DNA of 64,000 bases from Actinomycetota bacterium (GCA_028717265.1 JAQUOE010000001.1:16963-80962), one strand, 5' to 3'; positions 1-9,868 are shown, counted from the first letter of the stretch. Notes: generated from the sequence alone by a model not told the origin. A program made the numbers and translations.

Positions 1-584
1 AAATAAACGGCAGAAAAATTTTAACCTATCCTATTGCCGGAACAAGAAAAAGGGGGCAGAATTCCAGAGAGGACAGGATTCTTACCACTGACCTGTTAAA
101 TGACAGAAAAGAAAAAGCCGAACATAATATGCTCGTGGATCTTTCCAGAAATGATCTGGGGAGGGTATGCCGTTATAACAGCGTGAAGGTTAGAAAATAT
201 ATGAGTGTGGAGAAGTATTCACATGTGATACACCTTGTGTCCCGCATAGAAGGAACCCTGAATAAAAATAATTCGATATACGACGCACTAAAAAGCGTTT
301 TTCCTGCCGGCACATTATCAGGTGCCCCAAAAATAAGGGCGATGCAGATAATAAGCGAACTGGAACCTGACAGGCGGGGACCATACGGCGGAGCCGTGGG
401 ATATTTCGGATACGATGGTAATCTTGACAGCTGCATTACAATCAGGACCGCCATTATTAAAAATGGAACGGCATATATTCAGGCAGGTGCCGGAATAGTG
501 TATGATTCCGAACCTGAAAATGAATATAACGAAACTCTAAATAAGGCAGCTGCGCTCTTTAAGGCCATAAAGTTGATGAAGTGA
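1..584 (+). CDS. trpE: anthranilate synthase component I, C-terminal part (5' end lies outside the window)
   Basis: The frame is open from nt 3. It translates to ...ILTYPIAGTRKRG...LLND...MLVDLSRNDLGRV...GAPKIRAMQII...GPYGGAVGYFGYDGNLDSCITIRTA, the chorismate-binding signature. It sits upstream of trpD. Confidence 0.85.
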   Translation, partial: INGRKILTYPIAGTRKRGQNSREDRILTTDLLNDRKEKAEHNMLVDLSRNDLGRVCRYNSVKVRKYMSVEKYSHVIHLVSRIEGTLNKNNSIYDALKSVFPAGTLSGAPKIRAMQIISELEPDRRGPYGGAVGYFGYDGNLDSCITIRTAIIKNGTAYIQAGAGIVYDSEPENEYNETLNKAAALFKAIKLMK

Positions 585-642
585 ACTTAAGGATATGAAA
601 ACAGAGAAGATTTTTAAATAACAAGAAGGGGAGATTTATTAA

Positions 643-1656
643 ATGAAAGATTTTCTGGAAAAAGTTCTAAGCGGAAATGATCTTGATCAGGATGAAGCAT
701 ACAGTGCAATGGAATTCATAATGGAAGGGAAAGCAAATGACTGCCAGATTGCAGCTTTTCTTACCGCATTGAAAATCAAAGGGGAAACGGCTCATGAAAT
801 AAGTGGTTTTTCAAAAGCTATGCTGGAGAAAGCCATAAAAGTCAAAAGCAGGCACAAAAATCTCGTAGATACGTGCGGCACAGGAGGTGACGGTCTGCAT
901 ACTTTCAATATATCCACAACCGCTGCATTCATAGCTGCCGGAGCAGGGGTACCGATTGCAAAACATGGAAACAGAAGCGTATCAAGCAAAAGCGGAAGTG
1001 CCGACGTACTGGAAGAACTGGGTGTAAATATAGATCTCGAATGCGGTGAGGTTTCTGATTGTCTGGATAATGTGGGGATAGGATTTATTTTTGCTCCCAG
1101 AGCCCATACGGCTATGAAATATGTAGCCAGAGCCAGAAAGGACATGGGTATAAGAACAGTTTTTAATATTCTGGGGCCCATTACCAATCCGGCACAGGCA
1201 AGCGGACGGGTACTGGGAGTTTTTGATAAAAATCTTATGGAGGTCATGATAAATACTCTAAAAGACCTGGATGTAGAGAGAGCATTTGTTGTCAACAGCG
1301 AAGAAGGGCTCGATGAATTTTCGGTTTCAGGTAAGAATTCTGTTGCGGAATTGAGAGATGGCAGGGTAACTCGATATATTCTTGATCCGGAAGAGCTGGG
1401 CTTTAAAAAATCAAAAATTTCGGATCTCGCAGGCGGAGATAAGAAAGAAAATGCGAAAATTTTAATGAATATTCTTACCGGGAAGGAAAAGGGAGCAAAG
1501 ATGGATTCTGCGGTGATTAATGCCGCTGCGGCGATAGTCTCAGGTAAAAGGGCCGACTGCCTGAAAGAAGGTCTGGAAATAGCAATATCATCCATTGAAA
1601 GCGGAAAAGCGCATGAGAAACTATTAAAACTTATAGAATTTACAAACAGGAAATAA
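643..1656 (+). CDS. trpD: anthranilate phosphoribosyltransferase
   Basis: Contains DTCGTGGDGLHTFNISTTAAFIAAGAGVPIAKHGNRSVSSKSGSADVLE, the glycosyl transferase family 3 motif. 337 aa. Confidence 0.9.
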   Translation: MKDFLEKVLSGNDLDQDEAYSAMEFIMEGKANDCQIAAFLTALKIKGETAHEISGFSKAMLEKAIKVKSRHKNLVDTCGTGGDGLHTFNISTTAAFIAAGAGVPIAKHGNRSVSSKSGSADVLEELGVNIDLECGEVSDCLDNVGIGFIFAPRAHTAMKYVARARKDMGIRTVFNILGPITNPAQASGRVLGVFDKNLMEVMINTLKDLDVERAFVVNSEEGLDEFSVSGKNSVAELRDGRVTRYILDPEELGFKKSKISDLAGGDKKENAKILMNILTGKEKGAKMDSAVINAAAAIVSGKRADCLKEGLEIAISSIESGKAHEKLLKLIEFTNRK

Positions 1657-1658
1657 AT

Positions 1659-2471
1659 ATGGATTATCTTAAGGAAATCTTGCTGGCCAAAAAAGAAGAG
1701 ATAAAAAAAATAGGGAAAAATCCCGGGTGGATGAAATCAAGAATATCCGGGACAGTTAAAAGCAAAGGGAATTTTTTAAGAAATATCAAGAAGGGGAAAA
1801 TTAATATAATAGCCGAAATAAAAAAAGCTTCCCCTTCAAGGGGAATCATCAACGGAAGGCTTGATATCGAAAAAACGGCCCTTACTTATAATAAATTTAA
1901 AAGTTTTATTTCAGGGATATCGGTTTTGACGGAACCCATATATTTCATGGGTAATACGAAAGATATCGGTAAAGTCAGAAGCAAGACCGATCTTCCGGTT
2001 CTGAGAAAGGATTTTATTTTCAGCGAAGCTCAGGTCTATGAAAGCGCCGCTATAGAGGCGGATTGTATTTTGCTTATCGCTTCGCTTCTGGGAGGAAAGA
2101 AATTAAAAAGACTTCATGGACTTGCCGAAAATCTTGGACTGGATACGCTGATTGAAGTTCATGATATAAAGGAACTGGACAAAGTGCTGGAGACCGGTGC
2201 GGGGTTTATAGGTATAAACAACCGCAATCTCAGGACCATGAGAATCGATGAAAAAACGATTTATGATTTTCTGGAGTATAGCAGCAACAAGGATCTTTCG
2301 GATAAGATCTTTGTCTGTGAGAGCGGCATCAGAGATGCAGGACACATAAAGGATCTTTTTTCGGAAGGCATAAATGTATTTCTCGTTGGGGAATATTTCA
2401 TGGCGAGTAATAGTCTCGAAGAAAGATTGAAAGAGATTGAACTGGAATTGAAAAAGGATAATCTGATATAA
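1659..2471 (+). CDS. trpC: indole-3-glycerol phosphate synthase
   Basis: 270 aa with IIAEIKKASPSRG and LIEVHD motifs, and it sits in the trp operon position. The start is 3 nt after the trpD stop. Confidence 0.85.
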   Translation: MDYLKEILLAKKEEIKKIGKNPGWMKSRISGTVKSKGNFLRNIKKGKINIIAEIKKASPSRGIINGRLDIEKTALTYNKFKSFISGISVLTEPIYFMGNTKDIGKVRSKTDLPVLRKDFIFSEAQVYESAAIEADCILLIASLLGGKKLKRLHGLAENLGLDTLIEVHDIKELDKVLETGAGFIGINNRNLRTMRIDEKTIYDFLEYSSNKDLSDKIFVCESGIRDAGHIKDLFSEGINVFLVGEYFMASNSLEERLKEIELELKKDNLI

Positions 2472-2529
2472 GGATCAGCGGCAATACCGGGCAGTCGAAA
2501 GATAGGCTAATTTATTTGGAGATTATGAT

Positions 2530-3192
2530 ATGGTCTGGATAAAAATATGCGGGATAACAAACTCAAAGGATGCAGCAGAAATATCCCGTCTTGGAGTAAA
2601 TACTATAGGATTTGTGCTGTCCACAAACAGTCCCAGAAGAGTTGGATCCGATACGGCGGAAAAGATAATCATGACGCTGCGGAGCGGGGGGATCAAAGTC
2701 CCGGTGACGGGCGTATTCGTAAATGAGAAGATAGAAAGGATCACCCGGTGCGTTAAATTATTGGGACTGGACTATATTCAGCTTTCGGGAGACGAAGAAG
2801 AGAATTATATAGAGGATTTAAAAAAAGAATCCGGGAAGACAAAAATCATAAAAGCAATAAGGATCAAGGACAATAATAGAAATCAAGAAGATATGATAGA
2901 TGGATTAGATGAAGAAATAGATAAATTAAAAGGTTATGCGGATTTTATTCTTCTTGACAGTTACAGGAAGGGCATTTACGGAGGAACCGGAGTGCCGCTT
3001 GACTGGGGGACGTTAAAGAATTATTGTAGTAAAATCCCTGTCATATTATCGGGAGGACTCGATCCGGAAAACGTTAAAAAGGCAGTGGATACCGTGGGGC
3101 CATTTGGCGTGGATGCATCTTCCGGGCTGGAAATCTATCCCGGAAAGAAGGATATGGAAAAGGCCGCGAGATTCGTAAACATTTTAAGATAG
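2530..3192 (+). CDS. trpF: phosphoribosylanthranilate isomerase
   Basis: 220 aa with an N-terminal IKICGIT motif. It lies between trpC and trpB. Confidence 0.8.
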   Translation: MVWIKICGITNSKDAAEISRLGVNTIGFVLSTNSPRRVGSDTAEKIIMTLRSGGIKVPVTGVFVNEKIERITRCVKLLGLDYIQLSGDEEENYIEDLKKESGKTKIIKAIRIKDNNRNQEDMIDGLDEEIDKLKGYADFILLDSYRKGIYGGTGVPLDWGTLKNYCSKIPVILSGGLDPENVKKAVDTVGPFGVDASSGLEIYPGKKDMEKAARFVNILR

Positions 3193-3290
3193 ATAATAAA
3201 GATTTTAGATTCAGATTTAATTAAAAATTAAAGATAAAAAAGTTTTTAAAATAGGTGTAAAAAGGTAAAAACAATCGAGGGTAGAATAAT

Positions 3291-4460
3291 TTGAAAAAAT
3301 CAGTAAAAAAAGGATATTTCGGGGAATTCGGAGGCAGTTACGTTCCGGAAATACTGGTCAGTGCATTAAAGGAACTGGAAAAGAATTATTTTAAATATAA
3401 AAGGGATAAGAAATTCAAAGAAGAACTGGCATATTATCTAAAGAATTATGCCGGAAGACCCACTCCTCTATATTATGCTGAAAGACTTTCGAAGAAATTC
3501 GGGAAAGCAAAAATTTATTTAAAAAGAGAAGATCTGTGCCATCTTGGTGCCCACAAAATCAACAATACCATAGGCCAGACTCTTCTTGCACGAAAAATGG
3601 GAAAAAAATTCATAATCGCAGAGACCGGAGCAGGACAGCACGGTGTAGCGACTGCTGCGGCAGCTGCGCTGTTTGATATGAAATGCAAGATTTTTATGGG
3701 AAGCAAGGATATCAGGAGACAGTCTTCCAATGTACACAGGATGAAATTGATGGGGGCAGAAGTGGTAGAAGTTTCATCCGGAAGCAGGACGTTAAAGGAC
3801 GCAGTCAATGAAACTCTGCGGTACTGGGTTTCAAGAGTGGATGACACCTATTACGTTCTGGGCTCCGTGGTGGGTCCACATCCATATCCTGCCATGGTAA
3901 GGGATTTCCAGACGATCATAGGCAAAGAGACAAAAAAACAGATCATGGATATTGAAGGGAGGCTGCCTGATTATATTATCGCCTGTGTCGGGGGCGGCAG
4001 CAATTCCATAGGGATATTTTACCCATTTTTAAAATATGCGGATTCTGTCAGGCTCATAGGGGTAGAAGCCGGAGGAAAGGGTATCAGAAGCAGGAAACAC
4101 GGAGCAACGCTGGGTTTTGGTAAAAAGGGTATATTCCACGGCGCCTTCAGCTATGTACTGCAGGATAATTATGGCCAGATAGAAGAAGCTTACTCAATAT
4201 CGGCGGGGCTTGATTACCCCGGAGTCGGACCTGAACATTCATATTTGAAGGAAAAAGGAATAGTCAAATATGAGTATATTGTTGACAGTGAGGCACTGGA
4301 AGCATTCAGAGTATTATCGGAATACGAGGGTATTATCCCAGCATATGAAAGTTCCCATGCCCTTGCTTATGCAGCTAAGCTCGCGCCGGCACTCGATAAA
4401 AACAAGGTCATTATCGTAAATCTATCCGGTCGCGGAGATAAAGACATCGAAAATAAGTAA
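3291..4460 (+). CDS. trpB: tryptophan synthase beta chain
   Basis: TTG start. Contains the [12 protein letters not shown] lysine motif and GGGSNSIG. 389 aa. Confidence 0.9.
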   Translation: MKKSVKKGYFGEFGGSYVPEILVSALKELEKNYFKYKRDKKFKEELAYYLKNYAGRPTPLYYAERLSKKFGKAKIYLKREDLCHLGAHKINNTIGQTLLARKMGKKFIIAETGAGQHGVATAAAAALFDMKCKIFMGSKDIRRQSSNVHRMKLMGAEVVEVSSGSRTLKDAVNETLRYWVSRVDDTYYVLGSVVGPHPYPAMVRDFQTIIGKETKKQIMDIEGRLPDYIIACVGGGSNSIGIFYPFLKYADSVRLIGVEAGGKGIRSRKHGATLGFGKKGIFHGAFSYVLQDNYGQIEEAYSISAGLDYPGVGPEHSYLKEKGIVKYEYIVDSEALEAFRVLSEYEGIIPAYESSHALAYAAKLAPALDKNKVIIVNLSGRGDKDIENK

Positions 4461-4544
4461 AATTATTTAAAAATATCAAAAACCGGAGATAACAATCAGA
4501 AGTGTTTCCGATTTTAATTTATATAAAGGTGTGGGATTTACATT

Positions 4545-5357
4545 ATGAACAAAAATAAAAGCAGCATCATAGAAAAAGTGTTCGAAGATTTGAGAAAAAA
4601 CGAAAGGAAAGCTTTTATCCCGTTTATAACCTGCGGTTTTCCAACTCCCGATGGTTTTTTCAAATTATTTGAGACTCTGGATAAAAACGGTGCGGATATA
4701 ATCGAGATAGGTATTCCATTTTCGGATCCGCTTGCCGATGGCCCGATCATTCAGACCACTTCAAAAATTGCCCTGGAGAACGGAGTAAATACCGATGTTG
4801 TCCTTAAGTCAATAGCAAAAATAAGAAAAAGCAGCGACACCCCGATAGCCGTTATGACCTATTTCAATACGATTTATCATTATGGTCTTGAGAAGTTCCT
4901 GAAAAATGCCGAAAATGCAGGGATAAATGGATTAATAATCCCTGATTTGCCGCTGGAAGAATTCATCTGCTACGAGAGCTATTTCAGCAGGGTAAGTATC
5001 AACAATATCATGCTTGCTTCCCTTACTTCGGGCAGGGAAAGACTGCACACTATTGTAAAAAAAAGCAGGGGATTCATTTATTGTATTTCGGTAAAGGGAG
5101 TTACCGGAATAAGAAACAGTATAAGTCCGGAAGTAATCGATTTTTTAAAAAATTTAAGAAAAATAACCTCACTGCCTCTCGCCCTGGGATTCGGACTTTC
5201 AAGCAGGGAGCAGATCAGACAGATAAAAGATTATTGTGACGGAATAATAATCGGAAGTAAAATTTTATCTCTTATACTTGAAGCCGATAACTTCAAACAG
5301 GGTATCAGTAAAGTTGAAGATTTCACCCTTGGCGTGAACAACATATTAAAATCTTAA
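4545..5357 (+). CDS. trpA: tryptophan synthase alpha chain
   Basis: 270 aa, TIM-barrel TrpA-like (FIPFITCGFP, GADIIEIGIPFSDPLADGP). It follows trpB. Confidence 0.85.
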   Translation: MNKNKSSIIEKVFEDLRKNERKAFIPFITCGFPTPDGFFKLFETLDKNGADIIEIGIPFSDPLADGPIIQTTSKIALENGVNTDVVLKSIAKIRKSSDTPIAVMTYFNTIYHYGLEKFLKNAENAGINGLIIPDLPLEEFICYESYFSRVSINNIMLASLTSGRERLHTIVKKSRGFIYCISVKGVTGIRNSISPEVIDFLKNLRKITSLPLALGFGLSSREQIRQIKDYCDGIIIGSKILSLILEADNFKQGISKVEDFTLGVNNILKS

Positions 5358-5495
5358 AGATGCAATATCTTATCGGATTTAACGGTAAGATATATTTTAA
5401 TCTATCCCAGACCTCATTAAACAGACCACCTGCTCTGCAATAACTCAAAAGGTGTGATACAATAAATAAGTCATTTAAAGACTAAAGGAGAAAAC

Positions 5496-6524
5496 ATGAA
5501 ACTATTTAAGTTACTTCTAATATCTTTAATGGTGCTGGCAATTTTTATTACTCCTGTTGGATGCACAAAAAAATCAGAAGAAGCAGAAGAAGAAGCAGTA
5601 GTAGAAACGGAAGAGGAAGTGGAAGCGGAAGAGTCTACTGAAAAACCGGGATCAGCTGAAGAAGAAATTACTGAAGAATCCACTGAGGTAACCGGAGAAG
5701 AAGGCAATGGTGCGGGAAATAACGGAAATTTTGGAAAAGCAACCCTGAGTGGAGACTGGGTTTATTACCAGAACAGTTATGATGAAGAAAGTATTTACAA
5801 AATTAAGACAGACAGCAGTGGAAAGGAAAAGATATGTGACGGTTTTTCCGATTATATCAACGTAGTGGGAGACTGGATCTATTACCGGAGTACAAACGCC
5901 TGGATCTCTAAAATCAAAACAGACGGAAGCGGGCAGGAAGTTATAAGTCGTGACGAAACCGATTTTGTCACTGCAGTGGGAGATTGGGTTTATTATGTAA
6001 ACTATTATATTTATAGAATCAGGACAGACGGCAGCGGGCTTGAAAAGATAAATGATGATGATTCCGGTGAATTCAGTGTAGCGGGGGATTGGATTTATTA
6101 CAACAATGATAGTGATAATGATAGAATTTATAAAATTAAAACAGACGGCAGCGGGCGCAATAAGTTAAATGATGACGTGTCTTACTATGTCAATGTGGTA
6201 GGAGACTGGATATATTATTCAATCCCTGAAGCTGATGCCGCAGGGATTTATAAAATTAAAACTGACGGAAGCGGGAAGGAAAAGATAATTGATGACCCTT
6301 CATATTGTATCAACATTTTGGGAGACTGGATTTATTATGGAAACTTTGATGATAACGCTAAGATTTATAGAATTAGAACAGACGGCAGTGGGAAAGAAAA
6401 AATAAATGATGATATGTCTCTTTTTATCAATGTAGCAGGTGATTGGATTTATTACGACAATCTGGATGACCTTAAGGCTTATAGAATTAGAACAGACGGC
6501 AGTGAGCGGCAGCCGGCAGATTAA
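5496..6524 (+). CDS. secreted lipoprotein with seven DUF5050-like tandem repeats
   Basis: It has a signal peptide and lipobox (LAIFITPVGC), then a Glu-rich acidic linker. Seven repeats of about 44 aa follow, each of the form GDW[IV]YY...IY[KR]I[KR]TDGSG[KQ]EKI. The DUF5050 family name is from memory. Confidence 0.6.
   Translation: MKLFKLLLISLMVLAIFITPVGCTKKSEEAEEEAVVETEEEVEAEESTEKPGSAEEEITEESTEVTGEEGNGAGNNGNFGKATLSGDWVYYQNSYDEESIYKIKTDSSGKEKICDGFSDYINVVGDWIYYRSTNAWISKIKTDGSGQEVISRDETDFVTAVGDWVYYVNYYIYRIRTDGSGLEKINDDDSGEFSVAGDWIYYNNDSDNDRIYKIKTDGSGRNKLNDDVSYYVNVVGDWIYYSIPEADAAGIYKIKTDGSGKEKIIDDPSYCINILGDWIYYGNFDDNAKIYRIRTDGSGKEKINDDMSLFINVAGDWIYYDNLDDLKAYRIRTDGSERQPAD
5745..6524 (+). repeat. 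seven tandem ~130-bp coding repeats inside the lipoprotein gene
   Basis: The recurring GDWIYY / YKIKTDGSG peptide blocks are mirrored by recurring gagactggatttattat and aaaattaaaacagacggcagcgg DNA blocks. Confidence 0.7.
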
Positions 6525-6673
6525 CAGATTAATCAGAAATGTTTAAGAGCTATAATTAAATAGTTACGGAAAAGGAGCGATCTGATTAGTTTGAATTTGA
6601 CAGGGAGACTGCTAAAAATTTTAAAATAAAAAATGAAAAAGAGCTATTAGAATTTCTTAAAAGCAGAAATTAG

Positions 6674-6844
6674 TCTTCCATACTGAAGTTAGTTCTTGAT
6701 TCAAATATATATTTTTCCGCTCTTTTATTTGCTGGAATTCCCTATATGCAAAACTCCAAAACGAGTTTTCGAAAGGAGATAAAAAAGCTCTTAAAAATCT
6801 GTTTTCAGCGAATGGCCCATTCGAAACGCTTTCTTCTAAATTAG
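6674..6844 (+). pseudogene. PIN-domain (TIGR00305-like) toxin N-terminal fragment, no start and truncated
   Basis: The frame gives ILKLVLDSNIYFSALLFAGIP, which resembles the M-K-V-V-L-D-T-N-V-L-I-S-A-L-L PIN N-terminus. There is no canonical start, and the ORF stops after about 57 codons, whereas a PIN domain is about 130 aa. Confidence 0.25.
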
Positions 6845-7300
6845 ATCTTGCTTTTTGCGCCGGTTGGATAGATTCGGATGTTTATCATGATATTCGGATC
6901 ATAAAAAACTGAGGAATCATCGTGCCCATTCAATTGAAAATATTTCATCCAATGAAGAAAGAATAAGAAATGAGATTGGAAAATTTTTAGTACCTGAACG
7001 TAAGTTTTATGATCGGGGAAAACAATGGGCGGCTTCTGCTGCTAAAGGTAAGATAATAATTTCAACAGGTAAAAAACCTGAGGATTTAAAAGAAAATTTA
7101 TATACTCCGGGTAGTTTAACATTAGGCATAGCGCTTCCGATAATATTCACAGTTCCGATCAGTAATTTAAAACCCCTCTTCTGTATGAAGAATGATAATA
7201 AGGATAATATCTTTGCAATAGATATTCCTGATTACATGAAAAAACTGATAGAAAAAACATCTGATAAAAGATTGAGATTACTTCTTTATAATAAAAAATA
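6700..7300 (+). pseudogene. HEPN / MtlR-YggD-like protein gene disrupted by frameshifts
   Basis: Frame 1 reads ...LFSANGPFETLSSKLDLAFCAGWIDSDVYHDIRIIKN and then hits a stop at an A6 run (6903-6908). Adding one A continues the reading as ...IRIIKKLRNHRAHSIEN..., an Rx4-6H HEPN motif, with about 130 further codons to the stop at about 7300. There is no canonical start in the upstream frame, and none of this appears in the ORF track. Confidence 0.35.
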
Positions 7301-7560
7301 GTTTAATCGCAAAACGAATAGTATGAAGATTTAAAATTAATATTTATTTATTACTTAAAAACCAATCTTCAGATTAGCTGCATCAAATCCTATAACATAT
7401 ATCCTGAAGACTGAGATATTTTTCTTATGCCAGAGTCAAATCCGAATACATCAGGAATTTTCCTTTAAATATTGTTAATAATAAAAATATGCAATATGGG
7501 TTCAGTGAAAATCCCTTCTGATAAATAATCATCATGCTGATATTTTTTATATAATTAATT

Positions 7561-7610
7561 TCATTTACAATGAAAACATTATATGATATTATTTCATTAT
7601 AAATGAAAAC
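7561..7610 (+). promoter_or_regulatory. 17-nt direct repeat pair, 15 of 17 matching, 15 nt upstream of the AAA ATPase gene
   Basis: TCATTTACAATGAAAAC (7561-7577) and TCATTATAAATGAAAAC (7594-7610) lie in an AT-rich intergenic region just before the start at 7626. Confidence 0.25.
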
Positions 7611-7625
7611 TTTGGAAATAATTGA

Positions 7626-8897
7626 ATGGAAAAAACAACGTTAAAAACTCTGGTGCTGGAACAAAGAGAAAATATCATAGCGAAAGATAAGGGATTAAAA
7701 AGGGATTCATTATCTGAAGTAGCACCCAATCTTAAACTTCCGCATTGCCTGATCATTGCAGGAATCAGGCGTGTGGGCAAATCCACTCTTCTATTGCAGA
7801 TAATCGATTCTTATTTTGGAGAAGATTTTTATTATTTCAATTTTGAAGATGAAAGACTTGTCAATTTCAATATAGAGGATTTCAATCTGCTCTATGAAGT
7901 GATGATCGAGTTCTACGGCGAAAAAAAGACTTTCTTTTTTGACGAAATCCAGAACATCAAAGGCTGGGAAACGTTTGTGCGGAGAATGATGGATAAAAAT
8001 TATAAATTCGTCCTGACCGGTTCAAATGCTACGCTCCTTAGTCGGGAATTGGGCACGAAATTAACGGGAAGATATATCCTTTCAACTTTGTATCCGTTTT
8101 CATTCAAAGAGTTTTTAAAATTCAAAGAATATTCATTGGATAAAAAGGATCTTCTTATTACAGAAAAAAAGGTAAAGATTAAGAAACAATTCGATGAATA
8201 TTTGAAACGCGGCGGTATGCCCGAATATTTAAAATATAATTTCAATACGGAAATACTTCAGAGATTGTATGAAGACATTATTTACAGGGATATAGCAGCC
8301 AGGTATGGGATAAAAGATATGAAAACTTTAAGGGAACTGGCCCTTTATTATCTTACCAATATTACAGGTGAAATATCATATAATAAACTTAAGAATACTT
8401 ATAAAACAGGCAGCGTCAATACAATAAAAAACTATACCGAATATTTGGAGAACAGTTTTTTAGTGGATATCTTAAATATTTTTTCGTATTCCATTAAGCA
8501 ACAAGCTATTGCGCCCAAGAAAGTATTCTGTATAGATAATGGCATAGCGGATTGTATTTCTTTTGCATTTTCGGATAATATGGGAAGATATCTTGAGAAT
8601 CTTGTGTATATCGAGTTAAAAAGAAGAGGTGAAACTCTCTATTATTACAGGACAAAAAACAACAACACGGTTGATTTTGCAGTAAAGAGAGGTAATAAAA
8701 TAAGTGAAATCATTCAGGTATGTTTTGATATTGGAAATGAGAAAACCAGAGAAAGAGAGATTAAAAGTTTGGATCAGGCAATGGAAGAGCTGGAACTCAA
8801 TGAAGGCTTGATTATAACATATGAAAATGAAGAAATAATAAAAATGAATGGTAAATCAATAAAAATAATGCCCGCGTATAAATGGCTGATTGTATAA
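7626..8897 (+). CDS. AAA+ ATPase of the AAA_14 / DUF4143 family
   Basis: Contains the Walker A motif GIRRVGKSTLL and a Walker B-like FFFDEIQ. Its length of 423 aa and its C-terminal region are typical of the widespread 'predicted ATPase (AAA+ superfamily)' orphans. Confidence 0.7.
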   Translation: MEKTTLKTLVLEQRENIIAKDKGLKRDSLSEVAPNLKLPHCLIIAGIRRVGKSTLLLQIIDSYFGEDFYYFNFEDERLVNFNIEDFNLLYEVMIEFYGEKKTFFFDEIQNIKGWETFVRRMMDKNYKFVLTGSNATLLSRELGTKLTGRYILSTLYPFSFKEFLKFKEYSLDKKDLLITEKKVKIKKQFDEYLKRGGMPEYLKYNFNTEILQRLYEDIIYRDIAARYGIKDMKTLRELALYYLTNITGEISYNKLKNTYKTGSVNTIKNYTEYLENSFLVDILNIFSYSIKQQAIAPKKVFCIDNGIADCISFAFSDNMGRYLENLVYIELKRRGETLYYYRTKNNNTVDFAVKRGNKISEIIQVCFDIGNEKTREREIKSLDQAMEELELNEGLIITYENEEIIKMNGKSIKIMPAYKWLIV

Positions 8898-8962
8898 TCG
8901 AAGAATCTTAAATAATTTAAAAAAGGATATGGAGTGATCGAAGCAATGGAGAGATCGAGATA

Positions 8963-9868
8963 ATGCCGGATTTGGAAGAAAAAAAAGAAATTAAAGATCT
9001 GATTATAAGTATCGTAAGCTATAACAGTTTGAATTATTTAAGGGAATGCCTGGATTCCATATTGAAAAATCCTCCCGGATTGGATTATGAGATAATAGTT
9101 ATCGACAATGCCTCCGGTGACGGTACCGTGGAATCAGTAAAAAAGGATTATCCCGGAGTGACCCTGATACCCGGTAATAAGAATGTAGGATTCGCTGCGG
9201 CAAATAACAGAGCCATCGAAAAATCTGATTCAAAGTACATCGTTCTTCTTAATAGTGACTGTATGGTATATAAAAAATCTCTGGACAACCTTGTAGATTT
9301 CATGAATAAACATCCGGGTGCAGGAATAACGGGACCGAAAATAGTAAACAGTGACGGAACCATTCAGTTATCCTGCAGAAGGTTTCCTTCTCTTATGAAT
9401 GCTGCAGCTCATACCATACTGGCCGATATATTCCCCGGCAATCCTTTTTCAAAAAAATACAAACTTGCGGATATCGGCAGGGATGATCCCTCAAAAGTGG
9501 ACTGGGTTTCAGGGTCCTGTATGATAATAAGGAGAGAGGCCCTGGAGGATACCGGAACTCTTGATGAAAGATATTTTATGTATGTAGAGGACCTGGATAT
9601 TTGTTACAGAATGTGGCAGAAAAACTGGGAGGTATATTACAATCCGGAAGCCAAAATAATGCATCATATTGCAGGAAGCAGCGGGCGCGGAAAAATAAAG
9701 TCGAGTTTCAGGATGCAGAGGAGTGTGTTTTATTTTTTCTGGAAAAATTACAGGAAAGATTGGAGAATTATTTTAATACCGCTTCTGATTCTGGCGCTTG
9801 GATTCAGATTGTTTCTTTCTATCATTAAAAGTTGCTTCTCTAAGAAAAATAATATATATAAATCGTAG
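8963..9868 (+). CDS. family 2 glycosyltransferase with a C-terminal TM segment
   Basis: Shows the GT-A fold motifs VIDNASGDGT and YVEDLDICYR (DxD-like), plus a C-terminal hydrophobic helix. Confidence 0.75.
   Translation: MPDLEEKKEIKDLIISIVSYNSLNYLRECLDSILKNPPGLDYEIIVIDNASGDGTVESVKKDYPGVTLIPGNKNVGFAAANNRAIEKSDSKYIVLLNSDCMVYKKSLDNLVDFMNKHPGAGITGPKIVNSDGTIQLSCRRFPSLMNAAAHTILADIFPGNPFSKKYKLADIGRDDPSKVDWVSGSCMIIRREALEDTGTLDERYFMYVEDLDICYRMWQKNWEVYYNPEAKIMHHIAGSSGRGKIKSSFRMQRSVFYFFWKNYRKDWRIILIPLLILALGFRLFLSIIKSCFSKKNNIYKS

Noticed and set aside
792-1595. A long minus-strand ORF (267 aa) inside trpD, and similar antisense ORFs at 12259-13104, 15345-15866, 39644-40192, 41422-41877, 55897-56373 and 57237-57662.
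   Set aside because: Each lies entirely within a well-supported gene on the other strand, has low-complexity or Ser/Pro/Leu-rich composition, and shows no recognisable motif. They are antisense shadows.
5471-5707. A minus-strand 78-aa Ser-rich ORF overlapping the start of the lipoprotein gene.
   Set aside because: It is the reverse complement of the GAA/GAG-rich acidic linker codons (Glu gives Ser/Phe on the antisense strand). It is not a gene.
7340-7440. An imperfect inverted repeat (TCTTCAGA ... CCTGAAGA) in the AT-rich region upstream of the AAA ATPase.
   Set aside because: It is a 7/8 match with a ~35-nt loop and no flanking T-run. That is not distinguishable from chance in AT-rich DNA.
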